From assembly GCA_038227875.1 (NCBI GenBank), contig JBBRPR010000002.1, positions 43,316 to 107,315 on the forward strand: a DNA stretch of 64,000 bases. The letters run 5' to 3'. The position numbers and the translations under genes were made by a program. Positions 19,557 to 28,415 of this stretch are shown here, piece by piece. Every line of letters starts with the position of its first letter. Within the stretch, counting starts at the first letter, position 1. Origin of the DNA: Planctomycetota bacterium. GTDB taxonomy: Bacteria > Planctomycetota > SZUA-567 > H5-PLA8. Below the pieces are notes generated by a model. It was not told the origin of the DNA and ran no database searches. It worked only from the letters and a program-made list of their open reading frames with translations.

Positions 19557-19642
19557 GAAATTTTGAATTCTCAATTCTAAATTTTTAATGACTGCCAGGC
19601 ATGAAGTGCATTCAAAATTAAGAATTCAAAATTCAAAATTTC
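19557..19642. repeat. AT-rich inverted repeat built from AATTTTG/CAAAATT heptamers between convergent genes
   Basis: 34-nt arms (19557-19590 and 19609-19642) complementary with 4 mismatches. Confidence 0.8.
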
Positions 19643-19664
19643 CCGGACCGCTTCAAAGTCGCAA

Positions 19665-19949
19665 TTATTTTCGAGTGTTGCGCTTCTTTGCCTTCGCGCG
19701 CTTTGCCTTAGCGCCTCCCGGCGGGCCGCCGGGGCCGCCGAGCATTTTGCGCAACATGCCCAGACCTTCGGCGTTCAGTTCAGGCGGTGCTTCGGGCGGG
19801 GGCGGGGGCGGGGTGCTCGGGCGCTTCAGGCGTTCCTCGATCAGCATCGCGATGAAGCGATCGGGCGAGACGCCGGCCTTGACGGACTCTTCGATCAGAC
19901 GCATCGCGCCCGCTTGCGGAATGCGGATGGTAATTTCAGTCATTTCCAT
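19665..19949 (-). CDS. Small putative ribbon-helix-helix DNA-binding protein with Pro-rich and basic tail
   Basis: GGAG RBS 8 nt before ATG 19949. TEITIRIP (strand), GAMRLIEESVKAG (helix), SPDRFIAMLIEERL (helix). Confidence 0.6.
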   Translation of the reverse strand: MEMTEITIRIPQAGAMRLIEESVKAGVSPDRFIAMLIEERLKRPSTPPPPPPEAPPELNAEGLGMLRKMLGGPGGPPGGAKAKRAKAKKRNTRK

Positions 19950-20017
19950 TTCAGGGTCTCCAGTACAGAAGTATAGATGTGTCCTGAAATTCTCAAGGAC
20001 ATGAACGCCGTCCAACC

Positions 20018-20095
20018 TCTGGCCAATTGGCCAGAACCACAACTAATGGTAGTGTTGTACCTGTAGAACACCTTAGGGACTATAGTCCCTAAGGT
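20018..20095. promoter_or_regulatory. Perfect palindromes TCTGGCCAATTGGCCAGA (20018-20035) and ACCTTAGGGACTATAGTCCCTAAGGT (20070-20095) in a divergent promoter region
   Basis: Read directly. Confidence 0.6.
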
Positions 20096-20177
20096 CATTT
20101 TGACCTGAGTCCTCCCGAACGCCCTATGGCGTGATTTTCGAGTTTCGATTTAGCCGATTCGGACTACCTTATTTTCC

Positions 20178-21458
20178 ATGAGCGAAACCACCTCCCCCCA
20201 TGCCGCACCAACCCGAGTGACGCTGATGTCCATCGGCGACGAACTGCTACTCGGCGAAATCACCGACACCAACATGCCCTGGATCTCGCGCACGCTGATG
20301 CCGCTGGGCATGCTCGTCTGCGGATCGGAGACTGTCGGCGATGAGATGCACGACATCGTCGGCGCGTTTCAACGCGCGCTGGGGCGCTCGACGGTGGTGA
20401 TCGCCACGGGCGGACTGGGCCCGACGGCTGACGACATCACCACGGAGGCTCTGGCCAAAGCTGTTGGCGTGGAGATGGAATTTTATCAGGAAGTCATGGT
20501 TCAGATGGCCGAACGCCTGAAGCGGCCGATCGAGACGCTTTCGGGGAGCAACCGCAAGCAGGCGATCCTGCCCAAGGGTTCGCGCGTGCTGCGCAACGAT
20601 TGGGGCACGGCGCCGGGCGTTCACTTCGCAACGACGGATGGCAAACACGTTTTCCTGATGCCCGGCGTCCCGCGCGAGATGAAAGGGTTGCTCGCCGAGC
20701 GCATCGTCCCGTGGTTGAAGGAAACGTTTCCCAGCCCGCACGCCATCGTGGTCCACAGTCTGCACGCGTTTGGCATTGGCGAGTCGGTGATCGGCGAACG
20801 CATCAAGCCGCTGATGCAGGCGGGTTTGAATCCGAACGTCGGCACGCGCGTCGGCGGCGGCACGGTCACCGTGCGCCTGGTTGCGACGGGCAAGACTGAA
20901 AACGAAGCCCGGGCGGCGCTGGCTCCCGCGGTCGAGAAAGTCCGCGAGGCGCTGAAGGACGGCTACTTTGGTGAAGGTGATACGACCATCGCCAGCTCGG
21001 CGTTGATATCGCTGCTGAACAAGAAAGCCACCGTCGCGCTGGCGGAAAGTTGCACGGCTGGATTGGTCGCGTCGATGCTCGCCGAAATCCCCGGCGCCAG
21101 CAACGCGCTGCTGGAAGGCGGCGTGGTCTATTCCAACGATGCGAAGATGCGAACCTGCGGCGTGAAAGCAGAAACGCTGCAAGCGCACGGCGCGGTCTCC
21201 GCGGAGACGGCTGCCGAGTTGGCGGAAGGCATCCGCCAGCGCGCGGGCGCGACGATTGGCCTGAGCGTCACGGGCATTGCCGGTCCGGGCGGCGGCTCGG
21301 AGAAGAAGCCGGTGGGCCTGGTCTACTACGGCATCGCGACACTCAAAGGCGTGAAGACGTTCGAACGCATGTTCGCGGGGCTGGACCGCAACGTTCTGCG
21401 CGAACGCGCGAGCACGTTTGCGCTCGATTACATCCGGCGCGCGGCGGACGAGCTTTAG
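20178..21458 (+). CDS. cinA: Competence/damage-inducible protein A (molybdopterin-binding-like domain + PncC NMN deamidase)
   Basis: IGDELLLGEITDTN, TGGLGPTADDIT, GTAPG, PGVPREM, AESCTAG, GAVSAE, TGIAGPGGGSEKKPVG. Confidence 0.95.
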   Translation: MSETTSPHAAPTRVTLMSIGDELLLGEITDTNMPWISRTLMPLGMLVCGSETVGDEMHDIVGAFQRALGRSTVVIATGGLGPTADDITTEALAKAVGVEMEFYQEVMVQMAERLKRPIETLSGSNRKQAILPKGSRVLRNDWGTAPGVHFATTDGKHVFLMPGVPREMKGLLAERIVPWLKETFPSPHAIVVHSLHAFGIGESVIGERIKPLMQAGLNPNVGTRVGGGTVTVRLVATGKTENEARAALAPAVEKVREALKDGYFGEGDTTIASSALISLLNKKATVALAESCTAGLVASMLAEIPGASNALLEGGVVYSNDAKMRTCGVKAETLQAHGAVSAETAAELAEGIRQRAGATIGLSVTGIAGPGGGSEKKPVGLVYYGIATLKGVKTFERMFAGLDRNVLRERASTFALDYIRRAADEL

Positions 21459-21470
21459 ACGACTCTTTTA

Positions 21471-21959
21471 ATCTCGCGCAAAGACGCAAAGAACAACGGA
21501 AAAAGGGGAACGATCATTAACATTGAAACCGTTAACCATGTCACTGTGAACATCACCGATGTCGATCGGGCGCGGACGTTTTATCACGGGTTGCTTGGGC
21601 TGGAAGAAATGGAGCGGCCGAAGAGCTTCGATTTTCCCGGCGCATGGTTTCGCGCGGGGACGGTGCTGATTCATCTCGTCGGCCGCAAAGAACGCGACGC
21701 GGAAACGACGGCGCATTTCTGCCTCTGGGTCGAAAACGTGCGAGGTGCGGCGAAGGAATTAGAAACCGCCGGCTACGAAGTGAAATGGGACAAGCGCAAG
21801 ATTGAAGGCATCGACCGCTTCTTCACCCGCGATCCCGATGGCAATCGCGTCGAATTTCAAGGCCCGGATGGCACGACTTGGGCGGCGTGACCTACCGCCG
21901 CTGATCCGAGTTCGTAGCCGTTCTTTGAGTCTTTGAGTCTTTGCGTCTTGGCGCGAGAT
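21471..21959. repeat. Inverted-repeat pair of CAAAGACG-type octamers bracketing the VOC gene
   Basis: 21471-21492 ATCTCGCGCAAAGACGCAAAGA matches the reverse complement of the end of 21922-21959 at 21/22 positions. Confidence 0.75.
21516..21890 (+). CDS. Glyoxalase/VOC family protein (probable non-canonical start)
   Basis: VNHVTVNITDVDRARTFY..LGL, GAWF, IHLV, HFCLWV, FFTRDPDGNRVEF. The first His lies upstream of GTG 21546. Confidence 0.9.
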   Translation: MNIETVNHVTVNITDVDRARTFYHGLLGLEEMERPKSFDFPGAWFRAGTVLIHLVGRKERDAETTAHFCLWVENVRGAAKELETAGYEVKWDKRKIEGIDRFFTRDPDGNRVEFQGPDGTTWAA

Positions 21960-21964
21960 CAAAA

Positions 21965-24640
21965 CTACTGCCCGCTGCGTCCCGCCATGACACCGGAATC
22001 GCCCTTGGTGCTCAGCGTGTACGTGACCGGCGCGGTGGCCTGCCAGACGACGCCGGCGAAGACCATCGCGACTTGGAGCGAGCGCTTGACGGACTTCAGC
22101 GATTTCTCGTTGGTCGCGTAGGTGTTGGTGATGCCTTCGGTGTCAAAGCCGGCAGCCGAGAGGCCCACCTGGTTGATCGTCACTGAGAACTTCGCCGTCT
22201 GGCCGGCGGTGGTCAGCGTCTGTCCCTTGGGTAGCCGGGGGAACGTGATCGTGAGCTTCTTGATGCGGCTCATTTTCGATTTGCCGACCGTCTTGCCTTT
22301 CGAATTGATCGTGATGGAATCGAGAATGTTGCCGATGCTGAACTGGAAATCCTGCGTCGCGTTGGGGGAGAGATCGAGGCCTTCGGGCAATTCGAAGCTG
22401 CCGGTGAAAATCACGCTGTCCGGCGTGCCCTTCGTCGCTCCGGTGGGCTTGCCGAACGTGAACTTGCCCTTCGTCTGCGAGTTGGTGATCAGATGGTTCT
22501 TCGGCGGCGTTTTGACTTTCGGAGGCGCGCCGACTTCCGCGCCGCTCATGCCGATTGTCTTGCGTCCTTTTCCGGCGATGGTGTTGGTGGTGGTGTCGGT
22601 GGCGGACGTGGTCGCGATGTAGATGTTCGAATTGTCGGCCTTGAACACCGGCGTGAGTCCCGTCACCGTTGAGTTGCGGCCTTCGATGGTGTCAAAATCC
22701 GTCGAGGCCGTGAACTGCGCACGGATCAGCGCGTTGATGTCGATGCTGAATTGGCACAGGCCACCGTCGCTTTTCACCAGCGTAATCGTCAACCCGTTGA
22801 GCGGATTGGCGGCGGACTGCCCGTCGGAAAGATTGGGAATGCCCGCGCCGCCGGAATTCGGACTCAGGGCCATGATCGAAAGTGTAGTGTTGACGTTGGT
22901 CACTCCGTTGCTCACCGTCAACGTCACGGTCCAGGTCGCTTCAGACGTGAAAATGTGCGAGACGGAGCTGCCGGGCGACTTGGCCGTGCCGTCGCCGAAG
23001 TCCCACGAGTAGGTCAGCGGCAACCCGCTGGGATCCACGGCGCCCGCGGTGAAATTGACCGTGGTACCCACCACCACGGCGGAACTGTCCGCCGCGGCGA
23101 AAACGATCGTCGGCGGAGTTGTCGGGGCCGTGCCGCCAACCGCCAGCTTGATCGCTGTTCCGGTGACTTGCTGCGTCAGCAACAGGCCGTTTGGCGTTAC
23201 GGTGGGACTGATGGTATCGAATTGCCCGACGGCCGAAGCGAACGTAACCACGGGCAGTACGTCGCCCGTTGCCGGCGTGTAGGAAATGGCAGGTTCGACA
23301 ATGCCGGCGATATTTGCGGTGCCACTGATGGCCAGCGAGCCAATCGACGTCGGCCCTGCAATCGACGCGAGGAACATTCCCGCCGCCGTTTGCGTGTAAT
23401 TTCCGGTAACCGACAATGGCTGGGCGGAGGACGAGGTGCCGATCAGACCATTATTGTTGACGTTGGCGTTCAGGGTGCCGTTGCCGACGATACTTCCGCC
23501 CTGCAGATCGATCCCGCCGGTGGCGTGAATGGTGCCGCCATTTGGATCCATAATGCCGGTGCTCGAAACATTCAGCTTGCCCGAGCCGGAATTGAAGATG
23601 CAGCCGGAGTTGACGAAAATCGCACCGTCGTTGTTGAACTGGCTGCTGGCCGAGGAAAGCAGGTTCGCGCCGCCGGAAAGCGTAATGGAAGATCCCATGG
23701 TGTTGGCGGTGAGGCCGCCGAACATGGGTGATCCGCCGGAATTCTTAATGTCGGCCGAGGCCGTGTTCAGCAACACCGACGCTGAATTGGTGGCAATCAA
23801 TCCGGAGACGTTGATCTGCAATACGCCGTCCAACAGGTACGAACCACCGCTGAGCGTGCTGGTACCCGTGTTGTAGTTGGTCAGCACGGTTATGGTCAAC
23901 GTACTGCCGGCGGCGACAATTACGCTGCCAGACGGGCCGTTGGTGAACGCGCAGTTGGACGCGAGGACCGCTGTGCCAGTCGAATTGGATGATTTGTTGA
24001 AAACGCCCGTGTTGTTGAAGGCCGTCGAACCGGTGGCCGTGATCACCTGGGAATTGTCAGCAGTGAAGACGCCACTGTTGGTAAAGGTGGTGTTGTTCAA
24101 CGCGAGGGTGTTGCTGGCGTTCCACGTCACTCCGCCGCTGCTGGTGAACGTCGTACTGGAGAATGTGCTGGTCGACGAGCCCGTAATTGTACAGACCGCG
24201 TTGTTGGTGACCGGCAGCGAGCACGTGCCACCGTTCATCTTGAATGTACCGCTGGCATTGGTGAGCGATCCTGTGCCGGCGAGTGTACCTAGAAGATCGA
24301 CTTCGACCGTGCCCTGTGCGTTGATGGTACTCGCACCACCTACGGTCAGTAATGCCCCGGAGCCGCCGATCTGGATGAGTTGGGCAAATGAACCACCGCC
24401 AACGGTCAGCGACGCACAGACCTGCGATCCCACTACTGTGACCGTGGAATTGCTGCCCGCGTTAATCGTAACCGTGTCTGACGCGGTGGGAATCGTGGGG
24501 GGCGACCATTGGGACGTATTTGAGTTATCCCAATTACCACTACCACCGGTCCATGTAATCGCCTGCGCGTGAGCCAGCGAAGTGTGGAGCAATGCAACCG
24601 CGATCAACGCGAATGCGATGTGGAATGAATGTTTGGGCAT
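21965..24640 (-). CDS. Large secreted/surface protein: passenger-like G/T/N/S-rich beta repeats + PKD domain + Lys-rich C-terminal domain
   Basis: Signal peptide ending AHA-Q, ITWTGGSGNWD..W, PKD motif LTYSWDFGDGT..VSHIF..VTLTVSNG. GGAG RBS before ATG 24640. Confidence 0.88.
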   Translation of the reverse strand: MPKHSFHIAFALIAVALLHTSLAHAQAITWTGGSGNWDNSNTSQWSPPTIPTASDTVTINAGSNSTVTVVGSQVCASLTVGGGSFAQLIQIGGSGALLTVGGASTINAQGTVEVDLLGTLAGTGSLTNASGTFKMNGGTCSLPVTNNAVCTITGSSTSTFSSTTFTSSGGVTWNASNTLALNNTTFTNSGVFTADNSQVITATGSTAFNNTGVFNKSSNSTGTAVLASNCAFTNGPSGSVIVAAGSTLTITVLTNYNTGTSTLSGGSYLLDGVLQINVSGLIATNSASVLLNTASADIKNSGGSPMFGGLTANTMGSSITLSGGANLLSSASSQFNNDGAIFVNSGCIFNSGSGKLNVSSTGIMDPNGGTIHATGGIDLQGGSIVGNGTLNANVNNNGLIGTSSSAQPLSVTGNYTQTAAGMFLASIAGPTSIGSLAISGTANIAGIVEPAISYTPATGDVLPVVTFASAVGQFDTISPTVTPNGLLLTQQVTGTAIKLAVGGTAPTTPPTIVFAAADSSAVVVGTTVNFTAGAVDPSGLPLTYSWDFGDGTAKSPGSSVSHIFTSEATWTVTLTVSNGVTNVNTTLSIMALSPNSGGAGIPNLSDGQSAANPLNGLTITLVKSDGGLCQFSIDINALIRAQFTASTDFDTIEGRNSTVTGLTPVFKADNSNIYIATTSATDTTTNTIAGKGRKTIGMSGAEVGAPPKVKTPPKNHLITNSQTKGKFTFGKPTGATKGTPDSVIFTGSFELPEGLDLSPNATQDFQFSIGNILDSITINSKGKTVGKSKMSRIKKLTITFPRLPKGQTLTTAGQTAKFSVTINQVGLSAAGFDTEGITNTYATNEKSLKSVKRSLQVAMVFAGVVWQATAPVTYTLSTKGDSGVMAGRSGQ

Positions 24641-25031
24641 TTCAGTGCTTCTCCAGGCGAACGGGCGTCTTGGCTTCATGTCTCTCTTTAAGGTAAGAAC
24701 TTCCATCCTATATTTATGAAATCTGATGGCAAATCGGGTTTACAAATTCCCCCTGCATGGTAAATTCATGTTCTTGTAACACATAGGAATGCAAAGAGAT
24801 GCTCTGCACTACGCCACGCCTGCCGAAAGGTCCTACCGCCCTGCCGATTTCCATCGGCAGGGGGGTGATTTAACCCCCATTTTCAGCGTTTACACGACCT
24901 AAAATGGGGGCACGGAATTACCTTTTTCTTGTGCCCATTTCCCAAGTAGATTAAACGCCCAAATCCCCGCGCCCATCGACAGTTCGGCTGCGGCTGGATT
25001 TTTAAGCCACACGAGAAAGGCACTTACACAG

Positions 25032-26705
25032 ATGACTTCCGGCGCACATTCTTCAAACGAAAAGCCCGCTCCAAACGAAAAGCCCGCGTCTCCAAACTCC
25101 GGCGGACGCCGCATCGAAATCTTCGATACCACCTTGCGCGACGGCACGCAGAGCGAGCACATCGCCTATTCGCTCACCGATAAAATCGATATCGCGCATG
25201 AGCTGGATAACCTCGGCGTCGACTACATCGAGGGCGGATGGCCGGGCAGCAATCCCAAGGACATGGCTTTTTTCGATCAAGCCAAAACGGAAAAGTGGAA
25301 CCATGCGCGCATCACCGCCTTTGGTTCGACGCGCCACGTCAAGAACAAGCCCGAGGACGATCCGAATCTTAACGCGCTGATCGACAGCGGTGCGCCCGTG
25401 CTGATCATCTTCGGCAAGAGCTGGGATTTTCAGGTCACCGACGCGCTGCGCGTGAAGCTGGAAGATAATCTCGCCATGATCTCCAGCAGCTTGAAGCACC
25501 TCAGCAAGCACTGCAAAGAGACGCTCTACGACGCCGAGCATTTTTTCGACGGCTATAAGAACAACCCGTCGTACGCGCTCGATTCGCTCAGCGCGGCCGT
25601 TGACGGCGGCGCGCAGTGCTTGATCCTCTGCGACACCAACGGCGGCACGATGCCCAATGAAATCCGCGAGATGGTCAGCGTCGTGGTGAAGAAGTTCCCG
25701 AAGATGCGCGTCGGCATCCACCCGCACAACGACAGCGGCGTCGCCGTCGCCAACGCGCTGGCCGCGATCGAAGCCGGAGCGTCGCATGTGCAAGGCACGA
25801 TCAACGGCTTCGGTGAACGCTGCGGCAACGTCGATCTCGTGCCGGTCATCGCCAACTTGCAGCTCAAGCTGGGACTGACGTGTCTGAACGGTTCGGAGAG
25901 CTTGACCAAGCTCACCGAGATCAGCCGGCACGTCTACGAAGTTGGCAATCTGCCGCCGCGCGACAATCAGCCGTACGTCGGCCGCAGCGCGTTTGCGCAT
26001 AAGGGCGGTATTCATGTCAGCGCGGTGAACCGTTCGACGGCGACGTACGAACACATCACGCCGGAAGTCGTCGGCAACTCGCGGCGTGTGCTGATCAGCG
26101 AACTTTCCGGGCGCAGCAATCTCGTCGCGATGGCCGGGAGTAAGTTCGGCCTCAAGGAGCGCCCTGAAGATCTGAAGAAGGTGCTCGACCGCCTGATGGA
26201 ACTGGAAAACCAGGGCTACGTTTTTGAGGCCGCCGATGCGAGCTTCGATCTGCTCGTCCGAAAAACGTTGAACACGCACCAGCCGTTCTTCAATCTTCAC
26301 GGCTTCCGCGTGATGACGGAAGTCGACGACAAAGGCGTGAGCGTCACGGAAGCGACGGTGAAGCTGGATGTGGGCGGGCAGGTCGAGCACACCGCCGCCG
26401 AAGGCAACGGCCCGGTCAACGCGCTCGACGGCGCGTTGCGCAAGGCTCTCGAGAAGTTCTATCCGGAGGTCGGTGACATCGCGCTGGTCGACTACAAGGT
26501 CCGCGTCTGCAACCCGAAACAGGCGACGCGCGCGACGGTGCTGGTGCTGATCGTTTCGTCCGATCACAAAAACCGTTGGACGACCGTGGGCGTGAGTGAA
26601 AACGTGATCGACGCGAGCTGGCACGCCCTGGTCGATAGCATTGAGTTCAAGCTGTATCAGACGCGCGGGGAAAAGCGCGCGGCAAGTGTAGCCATGGCAA
26701 AATAG
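25032..26705 (+). CDS. cimA: Citramalate synthase (LeuA/CimA family)
   Basis: FDTTLRDGTQ, IEGGWPGSNPKD, YDAEHFFDG, LCDTNGG, HPHNDSG, GERCGN, AFAHKGGIH, AEGNGPVNALD. Confidence 0.92.
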   Translation: MTSGAHSSNEKPAPNEKPASPNSGGRRIEIFDTTLRDGTQSEHIAYSLTDKIDIAHELDNLGVDYIEGGWPGSNPKDMAFFDQAKTEKWNHARITAFGSTRHVKNKPEDDPNLNALIDSGAPVLIIFGKSWDFQVTDALRVKLEDNLAMISSSLKHLSKHCKETLYDAEHFFDGYKNNPSYALDSLSAAVDGGAQCLILCDTNGGTMPNEIREMVSVVVKKFPKMRVGIHPHNDSGVAVANALAAIEAGASHVQGTINGFGERCGNVDLVPVIANLQLKLGLTCLNGSESLTKLTEISRHVYEVGNLPPRDNQPYVGRSAFAHKGGIHVSAVNRSTATYEHITPEVVGNSRRVLISELSGRSNLVAMAGSKFGLKERPEDLKKVLDRLMELENQGYVFEAADASFDLLVRKTLNTHQPFFNLHGFRVMTEVDDKGVSVTEATVKLDVGGQVEHTAAEGNGPVNALDGALRKALEKFYPEVGDIALVDYKVRVCNPKQATRATVLVLIVSSDHKNRWTTVGVSENVIDASWHALVDSIEFKLYQTRGEKRAASVAMAK

Positions 26706-26707
26706 TT

Positions 26708-26778
26708 ATGAACGATGATTGATGATTGATGAATGAGGGCGACCCGGATTCATCAATCATCAATCATAATTCATCGTT
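26708..26778. repeat. Inverted repeat built from GATGATT/AATCATC heptamers
   Basis: ATGATTGATGATTGATGAAT..ATTCATCAATCATCAATCAT between cimA and dinB. Confidence 0.8.
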
Positions 26779-26800
26779 CTCCCGTCTTGGAATTCGAACG

Positions 26801-28033
26801 ATGACTCCACCCCTCACCCGCTCCATTGCCCACGTCGACCTCGACCAATTCTACGCCGCCGTTGAAATCCTCGACTTTCCCGAACTGAAAGGCCTTCCGC
26901 TGATTGTCGGCGGCCGGCCTGACAGCCGCGGCGTCGTCTGCACGGCCAGTTACGAAGCGCGCAAGTTCGGCGTGCATTCGGCGATGTCCAGCGCGCAGGC
27001 GGCGAGGCTCTGTCCGCAGGCCACGTGGCGGCCGCCGCGTATGTCGCGCTACGCCGAGAAATCGCGCGAGGTGCTTGCCGTCTTCGAGCGCTTCACCGAC
27101 GACATCGAACCGCTCTCGCTTGACGAAGCGTTTTTGGATCTGACCGGCTCGATCCAGCTCTTTGGGCCGGCCGAACAGATTGCGCGACGCATCAAGGACG
27201 AAATCTACCGCGACACGCAACTGGTTGCGTCGGTGGGGCTGGCGATGAATAAGTACCTTGCCAAGGTCGCGAGCGATTTGAAAAAGCCCAACGGTTTCGT
27301 CATCGTGCCGCCGGGGTTGCAGGCCGCGCGGGAATTTCTCGCGCCGCTGCCGGCCTCGCGGCTGTGGGGCGCCGGGCCGAAGACCACGGCGCGACTGGAG
27401 GAATTTGGCCTTCGCACCATCGGCCAGATTGCGTCTGCCGATGCCGACTGGCTGGCGCGGCGCATCGGGCAGCAGGCGGCAGAGCATCTCATCGCGCTGG
27501 CCAACGGCGAAGACGATCGCGACGTGGACAGCAGCGGCGGCCAGAAATCGATCGGACGTGAGAACACTTTCGCGCAGGATTTGCATGAGCTCGACACGAT
27601 GGAAAAAGAGCTGCTCGGTTTCGCCGATGAAGTCGCGGCGCGTCTGCGCCACAAGAAAATCCGGGCCGCGGGCATGGCGCTGAAAGTCCGCTTCAGCGAT
27701 TTTTCGCGCATCAGCCGCGCGTACACGTTCGACGAGCCCGTCGATCTGGCCGAGCCGCTCTACAAAGCCGCGTGCGAGCTGCTCCGCACGCGCGTGAATT
27801 TTGGCGGGCGCGGCGTGCGGTTGCTGGGCATCGCGGCAACGCGATTGATGAACATCGAAGACGTTACCGGCACGCTCTTCACCGATGAGGACGCGACTCG
27901 CAAGCGCAGCGTGGCGAAAGCCATCGACCATTTGCGCGCGCGCTTCGGCGACGATTCGATCACCCGCGGCCGCCTCCTCGAAGGCCGCGAGCGCAACACC
28001 GGCACGCCCACCGACCGCAAGCCCAACGAGTAA
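26801..28033 (+). CDS. dinB: DNA polymerase IV (Y family)
   Basis: HVDLDQFYAAVE, SYEARKFGVHSAM, SLDEAFLD, AKVASDLKKPNG. Confidence 0.96.
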   Translation: MTPPLTRSIAHVDLDQFYAAVEILDFPELKGLPLIVGGRPDSRGVVCTASYEARKFGVHSAMSSAQAARLCPQATWRPPRMSRYAEKSREVLAVFERFTDDIEPLSLDEAFLDLTGSIQLFGPAEQIARRIKDEIYRDTQLVASVGLAMNKYLAKVASDLKKPNGFVIVPPGLQAAREFLAPLPASRLWGAGPKTTARLEEFGLRTIGQIASADADWLARRIGQQAAEHLIALANGEDDRDVDSSGGQKSIGRENTFAQDLHELDTMEKELLGFADEVAARLRHKKIRAAGMALKVRFSDFSRISRAYTFDEPVDLAEPLYKAACELLRTRVNFGGRGVRLLGIAATRLMNIEDVTGTLFTDEDATRKRSVAKAIDHLRARFGDDSITRGRLLEGRERNTGTPTDRKPNE

Positions 28034-28082
28034 CTCCTGTCGTGGAACCCCATTTCAATTGAGTTACAGTCACGACCACATC

Positions 28083-28415
28083 ATGCCGCCCCTCCAACGC
28101 CGCACGCTCGCCACCTGCATTTTCGCGCTCGCGTTCATCCTCTTTTACGAGGCGCGCGGGGAGCGGCTTGTCTCGGGCGAGCGTCAGGCGGCGGACTCGT
28201 ATGAGCTCGCGACGCAACATTATTGGGAGCAGACCGGCGCGGGAATTTTTGTGGTCTGCATCGGCACGCTTCTGGTTGCAACGCTCCGGCGTCCCGGCCA
28301 CAATCCCATCTATACGGCGCCCGAACTGGCCGTCTACGCGCTCGCGTTCGGCGCCTTGCTGGGCACCGCCGTGGTGAGTTGGTTGATCGTCGAGAAACTG
28401 CGCAATGGCGTCTGA
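28083..28415 (+). CDS. Small hypothetical membrane protein (about 3 TM)
   Basis: ATG 28083 fills the dinB-recQ gap, has three hydrophobic stretches and overlaps the recQ start by 11 nt. Confidence 0.55.
   Translation: MPPLQRRTLATCIFALAFILFYEARGERLVSGERQAADSYELATQHYWEQTGAGIFVVCIGTLLVATLRRPGHNPIYTAPELAVYALAFGALLGTAVVSWLIVEKLRNGV

Noticed and set aside
24799-24910. Short ORF and two hairpins upstream of cimA as a possible amino-acid attenuator
   Set aside because: The peptide (MLCTTPRLPKGPTALPISIGRGVI) lacks a clear run of regulatory codons, and the hairpins lack a U-tract.
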